This document shows positions 39,603-52,681 of a stretch of 64,000 nt of DNA, piece after piece. Within the stretch, counting starts at the first letter, position 1. Every line of letters begins with the position of its first letter. Below the pieces are notes generated by a model. It was given only the letters and a program-made list of their open reading frames with translations. It did not search any database and was not told the DNA's origin. The DNA comes from Paramecium tetraurelia (taxonomy: Eukaryota). The stretch covers positions 1-64,000 of the forward strand of contig CT868672.1 of the NCBI GenBank assembly GCA_000165425.1. The letters run 5' to 3'. The translations under genes were made by a program, and so were the position numbers.

Positions 39603-40446
39603 AATAATAATAATAATTTATAACCAGTTTAAACATACTCTTTAAAATAAGATTGTTTCGATTACTTATTCAATTTCCAATCTTCCACTCTTTTCCCTTC
39701 TTGACTATTTTTATTGAATCTCCCCCATATTCTTTAGTAATTCATCTTAATTCCTTAATTTAGTTGATATCTCAATTTTATTTCAAATCCTTTTTAATAT
39801 TCAACTACTTGTTTTTAGAGTATTGGATGATAATGAATCCTTTCTAGAAATTCAACTACAAGTTTGCGAATTTATACATAAAGATACTAAATTTAGATTA
39901 AATATGGACAACGTTTATAATTAAGAATGAAAACATCATTTTATTTTCAATTATTGCTAGAGGTAGACTAAAGGTTTTCGGCAATGTTTCTATTGTAAAA
40001 AAATTGCCTATTTTTAAAATCAACATAAATTCTCTTTTTCAATAATTAGGTTATCATGAGAAACCAAAAAAATTTGTAATTAAATTTAGTATTGTCTATA
40101 GTTTCATTTGATTAGATTAATTATTTGGATTAAAGAGAAATACAAGTAAATATTTGTTTAATCAGATGATCTAATAAAACCAGTGATTAGATATTGGCAA
40201 TATTCTTTATCAGTCCTTAACTATTGAACAACTGCTAAACCCTTCATTCATTATATGGATAATAAGAATTGTGAGATATTAAGGATATTAAATAGTAATT
40301 TTATTTAGAATATATGAGCAAAGGAAGTTAAGTTTATTCAGTGTTGCAAGTGATAGTTAAATATTAAGTTGACATTTCTCATCAATAGCCTACATTTATT
40401 TTATGTTATATAAATTATTATTTTACTTATATAAAAAGCCATTATA

Positions 40447-41199
40447 ATGTTAGGAGGACTTTATGGATTAAATTTTAAGTAGCATTCGTATCTTTTTTTA
40501 TGCTTAATATTACCTACAATCATTACAGGATTTGGATTATTTTATTTAGATGAGGCACTGACAACTTTGTGTGTTTTGTAATTTTTCTACGTTATAATAC
40601 CTGCAATTTATATACGGTATCTCAGCAAAGAGGGCGAACTAAGAGGTAATAACTGTGAATATGTAACAAATAGTTTATTTCATAAATGAATTGGAGGGAA
40701 GATAAGAATAGATCAAGAGAGGACTCTCATTATTTAGAAGTGCTTTTGGAATGGTACTATTGTCATTAATTTTCACATATTATTGGGAAGAGGAGATCAT
40801 GGATTATTTGAGGATTCCTCTATTGGAACATCCTGCTTATATCGGAGCATTCATGTTGGTTTTGATTATCTGCAACCCATTTTTAGAGGAATGGTATTGG
40901 TAATGAATTGATATTAAGTAAGGCGATTGTTTTTGATGAAAACCTACAAGGAAAGTGAGAAGTATAGATTTATAATAAATCTCTTTTATGCTTTGTTCCA
41001 TTTCATTATGTTATTTAAGATATTTAAATCAGATTGGGAATTCGCAATTGGGTTTTCAACATATTTTATGTCAATTGGGGGATCCTTCGAACATATCAGA
41101 GAAAAGTACGGGTTCATCACTTGTCTGATGGCTCACTATGGGATGACCTTGGCTGCTTCACTAGCTTTATTAGTTGTATATAAATCATAATTGTAATGA
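40447..41199 (+). CDS. CPBP (CAAX protease type II/Abi) family intramembrane protease-like protein
   Basis: Multi-TM protein with NPFLEEWYW/R, FYALFH and LMAHYGMT motifs. Confidence 0.8.
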
Positions 41200-41212
41200 T
41201 AATTAATTAATA

Positions 41213-42143
41213 ATGGAATCTAAAGAAAAAATCCTCTCTTGCTTGAATATCCTTAAACGCTTGCCACCAACTCAAATCTAAAAGAATGCTGCAGCACTAG
41301 CATCTTTGATTCCAGATTATGCGGAGGAATTATACTAGAAAATAGACAAGCCTTTAGGTATGAGAGAAATGACAATTTAGATATTGGATAGGATGAAAAA
41401 GGGAATCAATATATATAATCCGAATTCAATAGAGATGGAGACTCATTCAGATCACATGTAACCAATTAATACTACCCTCAAATTGATGACGCAGTTTATC
41501 CCTCAGATGCACTACGTAAATTAGAAATAAAAGCCAATGCTGTCTTTGACGAATATAGAAGATTGTATATATATTATAAACATCTAAAGATATTACGAAG
41601 GAGGATTGTCATCATGTTATTTTTGGGATAAAGAGGATGGTGGATTTGCTACAGCTTGGTTGATAAGGAAAAATGTAGAAAAGAGCAAGGGAATTGAGGA
41701 TGGATCTTGGAGTTCAATTAATGTAATTGATATTAAGACCGATGGAAAATCTAAGTGGACTTATAAGATAACTACCTCTGTTGTTTTGGAAATGAATATC
41801 GTCTAAAATCAAGATGTTGGCAAATTCAATATTACAGGCACATTAACCAAATAAGTACTCATCATTATTGATTTTTTTAGAAGGAAGAATCTTTTGAGGC
41901 TCCTGCAGGTAATAAGGATTTAGAACTGTTCCACATTATGAAAATAGGAACCTTAGTTGAAGACGTAGAAAGTTACCTCCGTTCTTAATTGGATGGTGTT
42001 TATTTTGGCAAAACCAAAGATGTATTTCTCTATATCCAACTATTTAATAGATAGTCTTCTAAACACGATTCATTGAAGGAGAAAAGCATTTCATCTAACA
42101 AAGATAGGGATTGGCAGGAGAATTTAAATAGAAATATGGATGA
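41213..42143 (+). CDS. CAPZB: F-actin capping protein beta subunit
   Basis: LNILKRLPP, KIDKPL, SEFNRDGDSFRS, YPSDALRKLEIKANAVFDEYRRL/YYEGGLSSCYFWD, GVYFGKTKD. Confidence 0.96.
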
Positions 42144-42510
42144 TATAATTGAATTCAATAATGAATTTATTAAAAATAATATTGAACCATTTCTATTGAC
42201 ATCTGAAATATTTGATATCACTTGATATGGATATGTATATTCTTTACAATAAAACTTAAGATAATCTAGTTGATGTTTAGACTGAAATTTAAACAATCCC
42301 TTCTTTATTCCAATCACAATCATGAATTCAATTATAAATTATATTATCCATAAATTATTGGCTCCCCCTTTCAATAAAAATCTATAACAATAACTCAACT
42401 AGATGTTAATGAAAAATCTGAATTTTTTTAACCACTCTATTTGAATGTGATAATTTTCTAAGATATAATCTATTTTATTTAAAAACATTTTAAATAATAG
42501 ATAATTTATT

Positions 42511-42832
42511 CAAAATAGTCGTATAGAATAAAGAGATAGGTGAATTATTATTATTGTTGGATTATTATATTATATTAGTTAAAGTGGATAATGATTTAAA
42601 AATGAGTTAAATGAATAAATATATATATATATATAAGTGTTTATTAATAATAAAAAGGGTATTATTATTGTATTTTGAATACTACTATTGTACATAAATA
42701 TATAATTTAATGCTATAATAATATAAAAAAAGAAGAGCTATGTGGATCGAACACATGACCGAAAGATATGGAGTCTCTCGCTCTACCAACTGAGCTAAGC
42801 TCTCTATTTTAATACTTTATATCTCTCAAAAA
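42511..42832 (-). repeat. copy 2 of ~320-bp inverted duplication (tRNA plus flanks)
   Basis: Reverse complement matches 32757-33074 with a few substitutions and a longer (TA)n tract. Confidence 0.95.
42732..42804 (-). tRNA. tRNA-Trp(CCA), atypical; identical to 32785-32857
   Basis: Exact reverse complement of the first tRNA copy. Confidence 0.85.
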
Positions 42833-43322
42833 GTAAATCATAAAAATAATCCTTTGATTTTTACAACAGTTTTAATTGACTCTACTAAATATCAAACATT
42901 TTTTGAGATCAACATGGAATAGTTCATTTAATTTTTTGATCAAAACATGTATATTCGAATTGATTTGACTAGCTCTTTCAATCTTTAATTGCTTAATATT
43001 CCTACATTATCCTCAAATTTTCAATATGCTCCAACTTCAAATCAATTTTAGGGTATGATATATTGGCTATTTCAAAGATAGGATCGAAAGGTGCTTGAAC
43101 TTTGTGAAAGAAGATGTCTTAGGAAGCTGGATTACATTGATTTTAAAGTAATTAGAGCATATACATTAAAAATAGGATATAAAATTTGTCACTTTTATAA
43201 AGTTCAAAACTTATCCGCATCATTAAATAGTATGCGTAACATCAGAAATTAATTTATTTTATTTATTGATTCCAGTATGAAAAAATGATGATTGTGTTTT
43301 ATTTTATGATATATCATGATAC

Positions 43323-44512
43323 TCAATATTTGTAATCAGCCACAAACAAGGATTCGTTGGATGCACCACCTTATCCACCTTGATATTTTCCTATTTTTAT
43401 AATTTTTAATAAAATACCTAATTAAGCTTCACTGTTAGCCTTAGCTCTGGTTAATAATGCTTATTAAGCAACTTCCCAATTTTCTTATTTGCCAGCCCAT
43501 GTCTTAACAGCAGTGTTTTGGAGTGCTCTGCCATAAGAGAAAGTCAAAGCCCATGGTTTTCTGACTGTGGTCAATTAATTCATAGCATTCAAATTCAAAG
43601 AAGCTTCTTCCTCAGATTGTCCTCCTGAAAGGAACTAAACACAATTAATAGGTTTTAATTACTGTGACTCCGACAAGAGCAGGTGGAACTGTTCTGCTCA
43701 AGGCCAAAGCTGTTCTGTATCCAATTTCTTATGGTGTGACTTTGCTTCTGTCTGCATTGGTTGATCCTGGTGTAACCATATTGGGTTTAAGGAGACATCC
43801 CTCTAAGAAGATGTTGTTTTCATTCAAAGCCTTGAATACGGCAGCCAAAACTTTTTCTGTGACCTTTTAGCAGACTTCGATTGAATGATCTCCATCGGCC
43901 AAGATTTCTGGTTCGACAATAGGAACAAGTCCATTTTCTTAGCAGATTGCTGCATATCTGGCCAATCCCCATGCATTTTCTTGGATGGCTTATTGTGATG
44001 GTAAGCCATTGCCGATTTTCAAGACTGCTCTCCATTTGGCAAATCTGCAACCAAGTTTGTAGTGTTCAGCAGCCATACTAGCCAAGGAGTCTAATCCAAG
44101 AGTTGCTGATTCATCTTGTGTTCCTGGAAGTACACCCAAACCCTTATCGACTTTGATTCCTGCCACGATGCCTTTCTCTTAAAGCAATTAGACGAAGTTC
44201 TTTCCGTCTTTGGTAGCGTGTTTAACCTATGGGAAGTAATTAATAATATGTATTACAGTCTCGGAGAAGAGGATGACACCACTAATGTAATTTTCAACGC
44301 CTGGAGCAGTGAACAACAATTCTCTGTATGCTCTTCTGTTCTCTTCGTTGTTTTCAACATTGATTGTGACGAACTTCTTTCCAATGGTTCCTTAAGACTA
44401 CACTTTTAGATTTAAGAGATACTTCATCAGCAGCCAAGATTCCTTTTCCTGGAGTGCAAATCTTTTAAGCTGTTTCGGCTAATTCCTTTCTGTAGTCGGG
44501 CTTTTATTACAT
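43323..44512 (-). CDS. FBA: fructose-bisphosphate aldolase, class I
   Basis: [64 protein letters not shown]. Confidence 0.98.
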
Positions 44513-45580
44513 TAAGATATTTAAAATGAATTTATTTATCAATTTTTTTTTTAAATCTAAACCTTATGACCTAAACTTTGTATTATTATTAAATACTATT
44601 AAACAATTATTCGTATTATTTTTATACAAATATAATTGAAATAATTCTAACTCTTTTTTCATATATCAATTATATATTTGCAAATGCAGTAAGTTTAAAT
44701 TAATTATAAAAAGAATAGCATCTTTACAATCAAATCGGATTGCAATCAAATAAAATAGTATTGAATTTATAATGCTTTGGATCAAAGAATTAATAGAACC
44801 CTGGATGATGATGTTATATATTGCTCTTAATAAAATAAGTAAGGAAATATAGGATAAAATTCAGTTAAGATTGAATTATGCTATAAAAATTGAAGATCTT
44901 TCTTTAAAACCATAAAAAATTTCACTACTGAGATCCTAAATCTTCTTATACTTTATTTTGTTCTTCCATCCCTGTTGAAATGCAATATTCTTATCAATTA
45001 AATAATAATAATTTATGTGATGATGCAAATTGAATACTGCAATATTTGATGCACTTAGCATAGATATGCTCTATTTAATTATAAAGGTTCAAAAATAATG
45101 GAATAATTAAGTTAATAATTATATTATTATGAAACTTTTTTATGTTTTGTATTCAAAATAAAATATGATAATTAAATTGATTTACAATATTTTAATATAA
45201 GAATTCACATCAATATTATTAGTATTCATCATTTTCTTGAAAAATGGAGTGCCATCATTTGATCGATCAGCATATATAATGGTCAAATGAGATTATTCTT
45301 CATTAAAGAATATAATAATATCATATAACTTTTTACATAGTGATTTAATTAATTGATGTCCAGAATTAAATCTAAAGCGATATTTATTTAATAACTTCCC
45401 TTCGATATATTAAAGTAATTGTTTTCAGAAATGAATTGCGTTTATTAATGAATATTGTGAATTACGTAATTAATATGGAGATTGTTCTAAAATTTAAATA
45501 ATTCTAAAGCAATTAGAATATCATTCAAATATATGTTGATCTAACACATTACAATTACATTTATTTATATAATATATATT

Positions 45581-48500
45581 ATGATTACATAACAACAAAC
45601 ATTTTGCTTGTTATTTCTAATCATAAATTGCATATCAGCATAGAAGCCTTGTGGTCTATATATATTTGATGAGGTTGGATGTGTCTCATCAACTTATGAA
45701 AAATGTAATGTAATTTGAAATCAAAAAGGTTCTTGGAATGACTTCTTGAGTGCCTGTTAGGCAACAGAATCAAACAACATTGGTTGCTCAGTCACACTCA
45801 ATAGATTAGCGTGCATTAATTAATTGCAATATCCTAATTAGGATTGGGCATATTGTAAAAACTTCTATAATATATTAGGTCGGTTTTCTGGATATTGTCG
45901 TGAAATAACAAGTTCGACATCTTGTTCTTCGAATCTTTCGAAGCCAGCATGTTTGGCTGTAGTGGGAAAACCGTGTCAATGGTAAGGATTTTGTTTGGAC
46001 ATGACAGCCTCACAATTTTAGGAGTCATTGGCCAAAGCTTAAAATGACCCTACCTTTATGAACCAAGCCAATATCTCAATATGTCAATCAATCGCTGGAA
46101 TTTCAGTTGTACATCAATCTAGTGCTTTCCCTTACATAGTTTAACTTATTGATAAATATGGTTCGGATAATGTTATGTTAAGCAAATATAAGGCAATGCT
46201 GGCCATTCCAGGATGCCTTGAAGTGGATGTTAATTTGTTGAATCTATTAACTTGTTCTGCTGCTGGTTTGAATTCAGCTGCTTGTAAAAATATCTCAACG
46301 CCAGGATCTAAATGTAAATTTTAGAATGGTTAATGTATCAACGTAACAGACTTTTAAAACCTATCTTGCCAAGATAATATTAATAAGGAAGCATGTCTCA
46401 GTGTGACAAATATCAAATAGCCATGTTATTGGAGTAACGGATGCTAACTATATACTGGGAAGGCAGATTGTAGTGTTAAAATTCAACCAGTCTCTCCATC
46501 TTTTTGTGCTGCAATTAATTACGTGGACAAATCGGGAAATGATTAAGAATGTTTCTATTATCAAAAAAAATAAAAATGCAGTGAATTGTGTAGAGCCAAG
46601 TCACTCCAATCAAATACAAGTCAAAAAAGTTGTAATTCTTCAAGTTATAATTGTGTCTATCAAAACAGCTCATGTCTATTTAAAAATGTAAAATCTTAAT
46701 GCGGATTGCTTGGATAAAATCAATTTTCTTGTATGAATGTTAGTGAAAATTGCCAATTCGTAAATGGAATTTGTAGATAGATTGCTGATTTATCAACTGT
46801 TAAATGCGGGGATAATCTTAATTAACAAGCATGTTAGAATATAGTTGCTGTTGGATAAGTGTGTAAATATGATAAAACTGAAAAAAAATGTAAAGTATTA
46901 AAACTAGATTTTTACGAAACATGTGAAAACCTAAAATTTGTAAATGAGAACGCATGTAGAAGAATTACTGACTCTGCATGTTACTGGGTAGATGGAAGTT
47001 GCAAAGTACCCGTTGCCAAAGTTAGTTGTACAGCTAGAGGATTGAATAGGATTGCCTGTTTATAGAGTAATATGGGACCATGTCAATGGAGTAAAGAAGC
47101 TGGAATGTGTTAGAGTGTAAATGTTATTGAAAATTAAACATCTTGTGAATCGTTAAAATTAGTGAATGAATTTGCTTGCAGAATGGTTTCATTCAAGAGT
47201 GGTGTATAAGAAGAACATTGTAAATATAATGAAAATACTTACTAATGCTAATTATTTCCTAAGGAATTAGTAGCTCCTTTTACAATCAATTGTCTCACCT
47301 AAGGCTTAAATAAAAGAGGGTGTTTGGATGTATTAGATCCAACAGTAGCTTGCAAATGGACTAGTTAAGGATGTACAAAACTAACATCTGTGACTTCGGC
47401 ATGTTCAGGATTAGTTAATGTAACTGCCAAAGCTTGTGCTTTAATCACAGGAGAAGTGTGTGGGTATGATGATGAATAGACTAAATGCACTACAAGTATT
47501 AAAAAGAATGCGGCTAGTTGCACTAAATTAGAAGCTAAGGATAGTGTTTTGAATGGAAATGCATGTGCTTTCATAGAACCAGCTGGTGATTTAGCCTGTT
47601 ATTTCGATGCTGTAAATTTGTCATGTAGTCCAGCTGCAACATAATTGAACAAAATTAAATGTAGTGATTCATTCCCTAATAAATTTGCTTGTCTCTCAAT
47701 TACTACTCCAGGACAAAGATGCTAGTGGAATACTTTAAAAAGATTATGTGAAGACATTAAGATGCCATCGTATGAATCATGCGAAGATATAACAGATGTT
47801 AATGATAACTCTTGCGTTGGATATGAGAATGATGTAGAATATTACATAGGCGAATCTTCTTTTTGTACCAAACCTAGTAATACTGACACTAAAAATAAAT
47901 GCAAATTATATGTCCCAGCAGGAGGTGACGAGGCCACTTGTTTCTCAGGAAAGTTTCCAAATTTGCATGCTTGCGTTGCAAAAACTACTGGATAGAATTG
48001 CTATTTTGATACTAACTTATTTTAATGTAAAGTATTAGCAGATGCTGATAAACCTACAATACTAGACTAAATACTGTGTAAACAAGCAAATCAAGATCTA
48101 TGTCCATTGGTTACAACAAATGATTAAAATTGCTAATGGGAAAGTACAGAAAAGAAATGTTACAATCCAGATAAGTGCAGTGAAGCATCTACAGCAGTAG
48201 CTTGCCAAGCTGTTACTTAACCTTGTGTATTTATTGAAAATAAATGTATTCTAATTAAAAGTGCAAATGCTAAAAATTATAAATGCACAGATGCTAATAA
48301 TAATGAGAAAGCATGCTATCAAGTTGCAGGAGAATCTTGTAAATTTACTGGTGGAGTATGTACTTCATTAACATAAGATCTTGAAAATGATACTTGTACA
48401 ACATACACGGACAAGGTGAATGCAGTAGCTTGTGCAAAAATAAAAAAGGAAGGGGAGAAATGCAAATATGATAAAACTACTAACAAATGCATTTCAGCTG

Positions 48501-51500
48501 CATCTTCTTTGTATGGTGAATGCAATATTGGATAAAATAATGAAAATTGCTTACAAGAGAACAGTTGTGAATTTACTGAGACAGAAACAGTCAAAGATGG
48601 AGAAAGTACTGTAGAAAAAGAAGTTTTTTAATGTAAAAAGATAGACAGTTCTTGTTAGTATGCTCTAACAAGTGATGCTTGTATGCAGGTGCAATATTGG
48701 TGCGTTTGGGACATAGCTAAAAGTTCTTGTCTAATAGCACCTGATGTTGAATGTTTAGAATATAATGATCCTAATTTTTAATATAGTTCATATACTTGTG
48801 GAAGTGTATCGGCATCTGTTGATACCAAAATATGTTCATAAAATGAAACTTCAAAAAAATGCGAAGAAATAGTGGCTGTTAGTTGCAAATCTGCTTCAGA
48901 TGACATAGATTGTAAGATTGTTAAGGCTGATTGCAAATTTGAAAAAGCCAAATGTGTGTCAAATCTGGTGAAGGCAAAATAATGTTCAGATAATTTTACT
49001 CAATATGCTTGTTTGACAGGTTCACTTTATTGCCAATGGGTTGATAGTACATGCCAAGATTACAAATATGAAATTGAAATTAAATGCGTTTCAGATTCTA
49101 TACCAGAGGAAGATGTTGAGGCGGTAATCTCAGCTGAACTATGTTATTGGTATGGCTGCTATTTGAAAAAAGAAACCTTGAAATGTACTTAAGATACAAG
49201 TGTACCCACTGAATGTACGGAAGCAGTATCACCTTTTGGATGTAAGTCTCTTCCAGATGAAAAACACTGTTATTGGGACATTGATTCAAATTGTAAATAA
49301 TTGACCGATCTCTCTTAAGCTAAATATCTCACTCTCAAATAAGTGGCTAACTCTCGAAGAACCTTATGTTTATCACCTCAAAATGAAGGAGAGTTGACTG
49401 AATGGTGGGATGGAGAATGCTATTCAGTTGATTCCAACCTCTCAAAATGTGAAGATGACATTAACATCCGAGCTTGTGAAGCAGTATTGAGAGATGACCC
49501 TATTCAATTGTGTATTTACAAGGACAATAAATGCAAATATGCTGATCCATTGACAGCTCTTTGTACAGAGACTATAAATGTTTTCACATGTGTTGCCATC
49601 ACAACAGCAGGGTAGTTCTGTGTATGGCTGGGATAGTAATGTTCAGCATTACAGGATGATGGATTCCCTCTTGGGAAATATTCAAATGTGAATGCAAACA
49701 CATGCACAAAAACATACACTATTGATGGATAACCAAATAGTAAAATAACTAATCCGATTGGTGTTAAATTTGGAACTGATGGTTGTATATAATCAGATCC
49801 CTTATCTGATTTATGCAGCACTCCTGGTTTAAATTATTACGGATGTTTGTAAACAAAGGCTGGAGCATGTACTTGGAATGGATCTAAATGTGTTCCTTTT
49901 ACTTAATTCAATGGAAAGACAAAGTGTTCTGATTATCTAAAGGTATCTGCTGGTGTTTGTGAATAAGTACCTACTTTAAAATGTACCTGGAAAAATTATA
50001 ATTGTATCGATGCAACAAATTAATTACTATGCACAGACAGTTTGAGTTAAGAAGCATGTGTTTCATTGAATACAAACTCATGCTAATGGCTTAATAATAA
50101 ATGCTAGATTTAGAATATAATTGCTGGTGTCACTTCTTGTGGAGATTCAAGCACATTTTCAACTGCTGAATATTCTTCAGTGATGAGTTGTCAATAGGTT
50201 TCATTCGGAGGATTACCTTGCAGACATACAGGAAAAGGATGCACTACTCAGATTGATCTGTTAGTTGCCAAATGTAACACTCCAGGCCTAAATGATATTG
50301 CATGTACGATGATCACTTTAGAAAAATGTATCTATCTGAATGGGTAATGCTAAGTTTATGAACCAACATCATCCCAATGCAGATAATTGGTTAATGTATC
50401 TCCTCAAGTGTGTGCAGAAATATCAGATTCCACACAGCTTTGCAAGTTTAGCAAATTAAATAATAAATGTGTTTCTGTCTACAATTATGATCTGTGTTCT
50501 AGTTCAGGAATCAATGAATTTGGATGTAATTCAATAGGTGTATGCAAATGGCATAAGGATGAGAAATATTGTACATGCTCATCCGTTCTATCAGGAGTGA
50601 GATTTTGTGCAGATTTTGATTATCCTACTTGTAAAGTCCAAACATAGTAGTGTTTATGGGATGATACTTCTTAGAAATGTAGAGCCAAACTCTGTTCAGA
50701 CTTATCGTCATCCAATTGTAACAATGCTACCATGAATAATCAACATTGTTATTTAACATCCAAGGGCACTTGTCATGGAGCCAAAACATGCAATGATGTT
50801 AGAACCGTTAATGATTGTACTAAATACTTAATAAATGGACAATACTGTCAACCATATGTCAATGATGTTTGCAGAACCAAATAATGCGTCGATAACTTAA
50901 CAGACTCTTCATGTAGTGGATCCTGCTATTGGACTGGTACTTATTGTGCTTAGAGATTATGCTAAACATTCACTAAAAAAGAATAATGCTCAGGCACTTA
51001 TGAAGATGGCACTTGCTTCTGGTTTAATTCATTATGTGTTGGCTTAGATTCTTGTTATAAATTGTAGACATATTATGATAATACTGAAAATTTGAAAAAG
51101 GATTGTAATGCGGCCTCGATCTTAGGAAATCAATGCTATTGGTAATTGGCATATCAATATGCAGATTCATATGAATGCTCTCACAATTAGTGCAAGTATT
51201 GTTATTATTGATTTATTAGACCTCTGGGATCGAGCAAAATTAATTGCGTTGGAACTGAAATCAGCAATTATGTATGTATACTGTCTTAGGATTTCCAATG
51301 TATGAGATGCGAAGATGTTGCGGATAAATGCGAATGCTCAAAATACAGTGGAAATTGCTATTACAGTAACAATAAGTGTAATTCGATTCAATGTGCTTAG
51401 TATGTTGAGGACTCTTGTGGTATGATCAGTTTTTGTATGTTTTTAGCCTTGTTCCCTGACAAATGTATCTGGCATGCTGGATCGAAGATGTGTTTGATTA

Positions 51501-51721
51501 TTTGTGCTAAGTTGGATGAGAAGAGTTGCGAGGCCAGACAAACTGCCACGTCTCAGTGTTACTGGGATGCAAAACTTGAAAGATGCAATTCTGGAGTTCC
51601 CAGCAAGATTGTTATTGACACTGTGTCTCCACAAATCGAAGCTGCCAATATCACAATCACAATTTCATCTTCATATTCACACCTAGTCATGATCATTATT
51701 GGATTATATTTATCGTATTGA
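45581..51721 (+). CDS. ~2000-aa Cys-rich repeat cell-surface protein with signal peptide and probable GPI signal
   Basis: MITQQQTFCLLFLIINCISA; dozens of N-x2-AC...C-x-W/F-x3-5-C units (e.g. LNRIACLQSNMGPCQWSKEAGMC); C-terminus ISSSYSHLVMIIIGLYLSY. Confidence 0.88.
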
Positions 51722-51763
51722 CAATTTATATGTATATATTATATCCAATCCTGTAAAATTAAA

Positions 51764-52222
51764 TCATTGAATTTTATTTAAGTCAAAAGGCTTGCTGTCT
51801 TGATGCTTATTTTTTTTCTATTGTCCCTTCTTTCTGTTCATGAGCTGATTACCCAATGGAGACTCAAGCTTAATATTAATATTCAGTTATTTCTTACATC
51901 TTCCTATATTTACAAATCCGCTTAATATTGACTGTCATCCTAAAACTATTACTCTACATTCATAACGAATTATTACACTCCGAATTTGGTGCTCCTCTCA
52001 ATAGGATTATTATGGCCTCAGCCAATTCAAGTTCTGTATCACTCTTTGGATATTGTTTTAAAAGATCATATATTCCTTGATGCTCTTCCAAAACGAACTC
52101 TAACATCACTATTTACTCTTACATTTCAAAGTGCACTTCTCCAGTTGTGTGATCATGTTCAGCCTATTCATTTCATTGATTAGATAAAGCAATTTTGCTG
52201 ATGGTTATTCAAAATGGTCCAT
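51764..52222 (-). CDS. hypothetical protein
   Basis: MDHFEQPSAKLLYLINEMNRLNMITQLEKCTLK...LESPLGNQLMNRKKGQ; three tiny GT-AG introns restore the frame to a TGA. Confidence 0.75.
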
Positions 52223-52681
52223 ATTAAATATATATTAATTATATTAATATATTTTATAGATTTAAAACATTCTTATGAAAACAAATAATCTATTGGATAC
52301 TTTTCACCCTCTATTACATTATGGAAACTTCCCTTATTTCGAGTAGGCTAATAATTAGATGAGGCAATAAGAATAAATAATTTGATTAATCATTAACTCA
52401 TCTAAATAGGGAGTTCTAAAAAAATCAAATCACTCCTTTAAAGGAGGTGGCTTTTTTGCTTAATATTACAAATTTTAAATATTTCAAATATTTCCAATAT
52501 GTCTTGTCTTCATTAAAATATAAATGAATCTTTTTTTAACAATCACTTCCTTCCCCCCCCATATTATCTATTGTTTGGATTAATTAGTGCTCATGAATTC
52601 TGATGAAAAAACTCAACTTTAGTTACATGCCTTTTGTTGTGTATTTTCATAAAATAAATTTTAATAAAACATAATATAAAA

